Shown here: piece after piece, positions 60,984-64,000 of the stretch
Numbering within the stretch: position 1 is the stretch's first letter
Layout: each line of letters starts with the position of its first letter
Origin: Antedon mediterranea
Lineage: Eukaryota > Animalia > Echinodermata
DNA length: 64,000 nt
Assembly: GCF_964355755.1 (NCBI RefSeq)
Contig: NC_092671.1
Coordinates: forward strand, 13,082,001-13,146,000
Reading direction: 5' to 3'
Notes under the pieces: generated by a model
Databases searched by the model: none
What the model was told of the DNA's origin: nothing
Seen by the model: only the letters and a program-made list of their open reading frames with translations
Translations under genes and position numbers: made by a program

Positions 60984-62410
60984 AGTTCGTTCGCGTACCA
61001 TCTAGGTCGTGCCCACAGATGGTTCTCGAATACACAGTAATTTCAGCGTAACAAAACTGGCGATTTCAAATGTACGTACCGCAATACATTGTCGTTTATA
61101 GAAACGAATAAATAGAGACGATGATTTATGTAGTCAACTAAAATTAGCACCCTGTGAATTACTTCCGAAAGAGAAACTTATCACAAAATGAGTCCAAATT
61201 TTTGATTTGGACTCATTTAAAGAAACCCAATTTGTGTTTTGTATGTAACATTAGGGTTGAGGGATTGGAAAGCGGATAGGTACAAAGAGGAACAATTTTT
61301 AAAAATATTCTTCATCCACTCAGTAACGAAATATTTTTTTTATGTTTTATAGGCCTATAAATTAATATACCTCTAAATAAAGTAAGACATTTGCGATTTA
61401 ATACTTTGTTTATTTTATTCATTTATTTATGTATTTATTTCTTTTAAATATCCGTTGTACACTAATTTTCCCCGTGTATGGCAAGAGATTCCTAATTGTA
61501 TTAGAGAACATTCTTTATTTAGTTTAGTTAAAACTGTCGCTGTCATAATCGATTGAAATATTAAAGTACATTTCACGATACACCACTACGACGCTTTTAT
61601 TTTTGGTAATTATTAAATAATACAAACGTTTAGAAAGAACTGTCAGTATAAAGTTTATTTGTATATAATAATGTGTTTATATATCTAGCAGTAGAGCCTA
61701 TCCACAATCTCAGTAATAAAGTTTATTTGTATATATTTTTATATTACATCTAACAGTACAAACATTCACAGTAAGAAATGTTCGATTCAAATGAGGACCA
61801 AAAATAGTTCATAGGTATTTACAGTATTGTCAAAGTATTGCAAGTTTATTCTCAAAGGGCCCATATATTTACCTACCGTATGTGTTAAACCAAGGGCTCA
61901 TAAATTTACTTACTTGTGTTAAACCAAACTCTGGCAGACTGAGAGATTGGGATGTTCCATTCATCGCAAATCAATACATTTGTATAATCGTATATTAAAT
62001 CTATCAAAATAGTATTTTTTAAAGAAAATCGGCCTGTCTTCAACATTATGATGCTGTACTCTAGCTGTTCAACCAGTTTTCAGCTATTAAAAACAATTAT
62101 CGTAGGAGGAGATAGGAAAATGCGAAGCCTCCTCGCATTTATGTGGCGGGTATTTTTCAAGATGGACATCCATTAGACAGTGTATACCACGATCGGAAAA
62201 CACCCCTATTTGGGGCAAATCGTTGAACCTAAATTGGTTTTAATCGTCAATAACTAATTATCTAACATAATTTAATTAGTAAACAGGGTTACATCAGGTG
62301 GTTAAAATCAGTACCGAAAGTACGAAACAACTTTATATACCATCGAGTAAAAATTCTAGAAGTAAGGCGCGATTTACCGAATTTTGCCCTTACGTAAATT
62401 TATATATAGA
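60984..62410 (-). mobile_element. Non-autonomous Helitron family A, 3' end truncated within the hairpin
   Basis: Reverse complement of the 44405 copy; starts A|TCTATATATA at 62410, stops at ..GGTACGCGAACGAAC directly against the TM exon remnant. Confidence 0.9.
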
Positions 62411-62773
62411 TTCCTTTTTAATTTCATAAATCACCTGGTGGACAAGCATAGCATCCTGGTATGCTCCGGTCAGCAATGTATCTGCGTAACTGATAATATC
62501 CTTGTTTACAAGGCTCACATATACCTTTGTTGCATACCATACCATATTGTATTGTAGTATATTTAAAGAAGTCAAATTTGATCTCAGTTTTATTTGTTAA
62601 ACAATTACTGAAAAAAAAAATCACATTTTAAACCACTGAATTAATTAAAGGGGGAATATATTCATGTATATTTTATTAGTATGAGCGTAATATTTTCACC
62701 AGAGACAACCCCTTCCTAAATGTAGTTTAAAGTAATGATTTCCTTTGTAGCGGAGTAGGCCACTATCTTATAC

Positions 62774-62889
62774 TTGGTTCCCACTAGGGATATTTGACCA
62801 ATCACAGGTGATAGATTATTGTTGCTTGTTATTAGTCAACTCGCTTGCGTTGCGTCTACGTCCTTGCGTTGCGTCCTAGTGGGAACCAA
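62774..62889. mobile_element. MITE with 15-bp TIRs (PIF/Harbinger-like)
   Basis: TTGGTTCCCACTAGG / CCTAGTGGGAACCAA with internal (TTGCG)n. Confidence 0.65.
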
Positions 62890-64000
62890 CTTTTAAATAT
62901 ATATCAAATTTATGAATAGGGAGGGTTACGTGTGGAGGAGGGCGTGATCAAACTATGAGTGGAGATTTACGGTTAAAGTGTGAAGAGAAGTACGCGAACA
63001 TCAGTTATTCGTTCATTTCTGTTTAGGATGGAAGATGGGAAAGTACACAAATCCCACAAGATAATTTTTAATTCAGATATCAAATATATTTACACCACTG
63101 TATTTCCAGACAAAGTCGATGGAATTTTTGTCAGTTGTCCACAGTCCAAGTAACTGAAAAAAAGAATATAGTATTGATGAATAGGCCTACGTACAAATGG
63201 TTATTGTTGAAATTTAATATATGCCTTTATTATTATTAATTTTATTGCACATTTGCTCTTACACTCACCAAACAGTTAATTTTTCCAGGACGTACGCCTT
63301 TATTTAATAAACTCAAAATAAATTTATCATGTAGTTTATTTTGTCTAGATTAATGTTGGTAATTTAGTCAAGTTGTTGAAATCTAATGATCTAAAAAGAA
63401 AATATTCACCATTTTATCATTTTCATTACATCTATTAATTAATTTATATGACAGATCCGACAAAATCGGCGGAAAGGGAAAACTTAAAATATGGCGTTTA
63501 AAATAAGTACCTGACATTCAATACTCGCTCTTCCGCGCTATCCTGGAAAACCCTTATATTAGTTCCACTAGTAAAGGAAATGTGAAACAGCAGTAAGTAA
63601 TTTTCACATGGATCGCAGTCGACTGTTACTCGTCGACAAATATATGAACGGTTAGATTAAGTGGACACTCACGTTGACGTTTCAGTAAACGTATAGTCTA
63701 GTAAAAGTATGGTTGAACATACATAGAACAAATTGCAACATAATTGTTTTGTCTGGTTGATATGGTCAAAATAAACGTCATATCCAAAGTTTACCAAAAT
63801 CAGACATCGGAAAGTGGGTTAATTAGCATAAATTCAAAATGGCCGCCATTTACCATTTTGAAGCCCTGTATATCCTGGACGGTTGATTTTAGACGAATTA
63901 AGTGCATTGTGAGTAGATAAAAATGTAACATTAAACTTCACAATTAGCATATTAAATATGTTTTAAATTAGTCTTAGGTACGTCATAAGGTAGGCCTATT

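Larger units (their letters stand above)
60174..63390 (-). pseudogene. Disabled tandem paralog of the LRR/multi-TM receptor
   Basis: Tail exon 60307-60174 and TM exon remnant 60982-60403 are near-identical to paralog 1 but CAA>TAA at 60573-60575; first ~1.1 kb of the TM exon is missing; Cys-rich exon ~62607-62435 and LRR exons ~63154-63095 and ~63390-63345 (SLDFNNLTKLP then stop) remain. Confidence 0.85.

Overview
AT-rich, intron-rich eukaryotic DNA from an invertebrate animal (echinoderm-like by inference; not prokaryotic, no CRISPR). Genes reconstructed exon by exon from the sequence: LSM5 (-), PSMA1 (-), an intronless-CDS BTB-BACK-Kelch-like gene (-), a heat-inducible cytosolic HSP70 (+), puromycin-sensitive aminopeptidase NPEPPS (-), TPGS1 (-), an unusual ~1075-aa receptor (signal peptide, ~15 LRRs at nearly one repeat per exon, Cys-rich CxxC stalk, 8-9 TM domain) (-) and a disabled tandem paralog of it. 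Three introns in LSM5/PSMA1 carry U12-type (minor spliceosome) signals. Mobile DNA is dense: five non-autonomous Helitrons of two families (one head-to-tail dimer), a P-like element with 31-bp TIRs and 7-bp TSD, a piggyBac MITE, a stack of Mutator-like elements, a LINE 3' fragment, a tRNA-like/Penelope-like composite in (TA)n, and several mini-satellites, including a 2.7-kb array built from palindromic units. The best candidate for an undescribed system is the LRR/multi-TM receptor pair with a fast-diverging ectodomain. All assignments come from manual reading and remembered family motifs; no searches were run.
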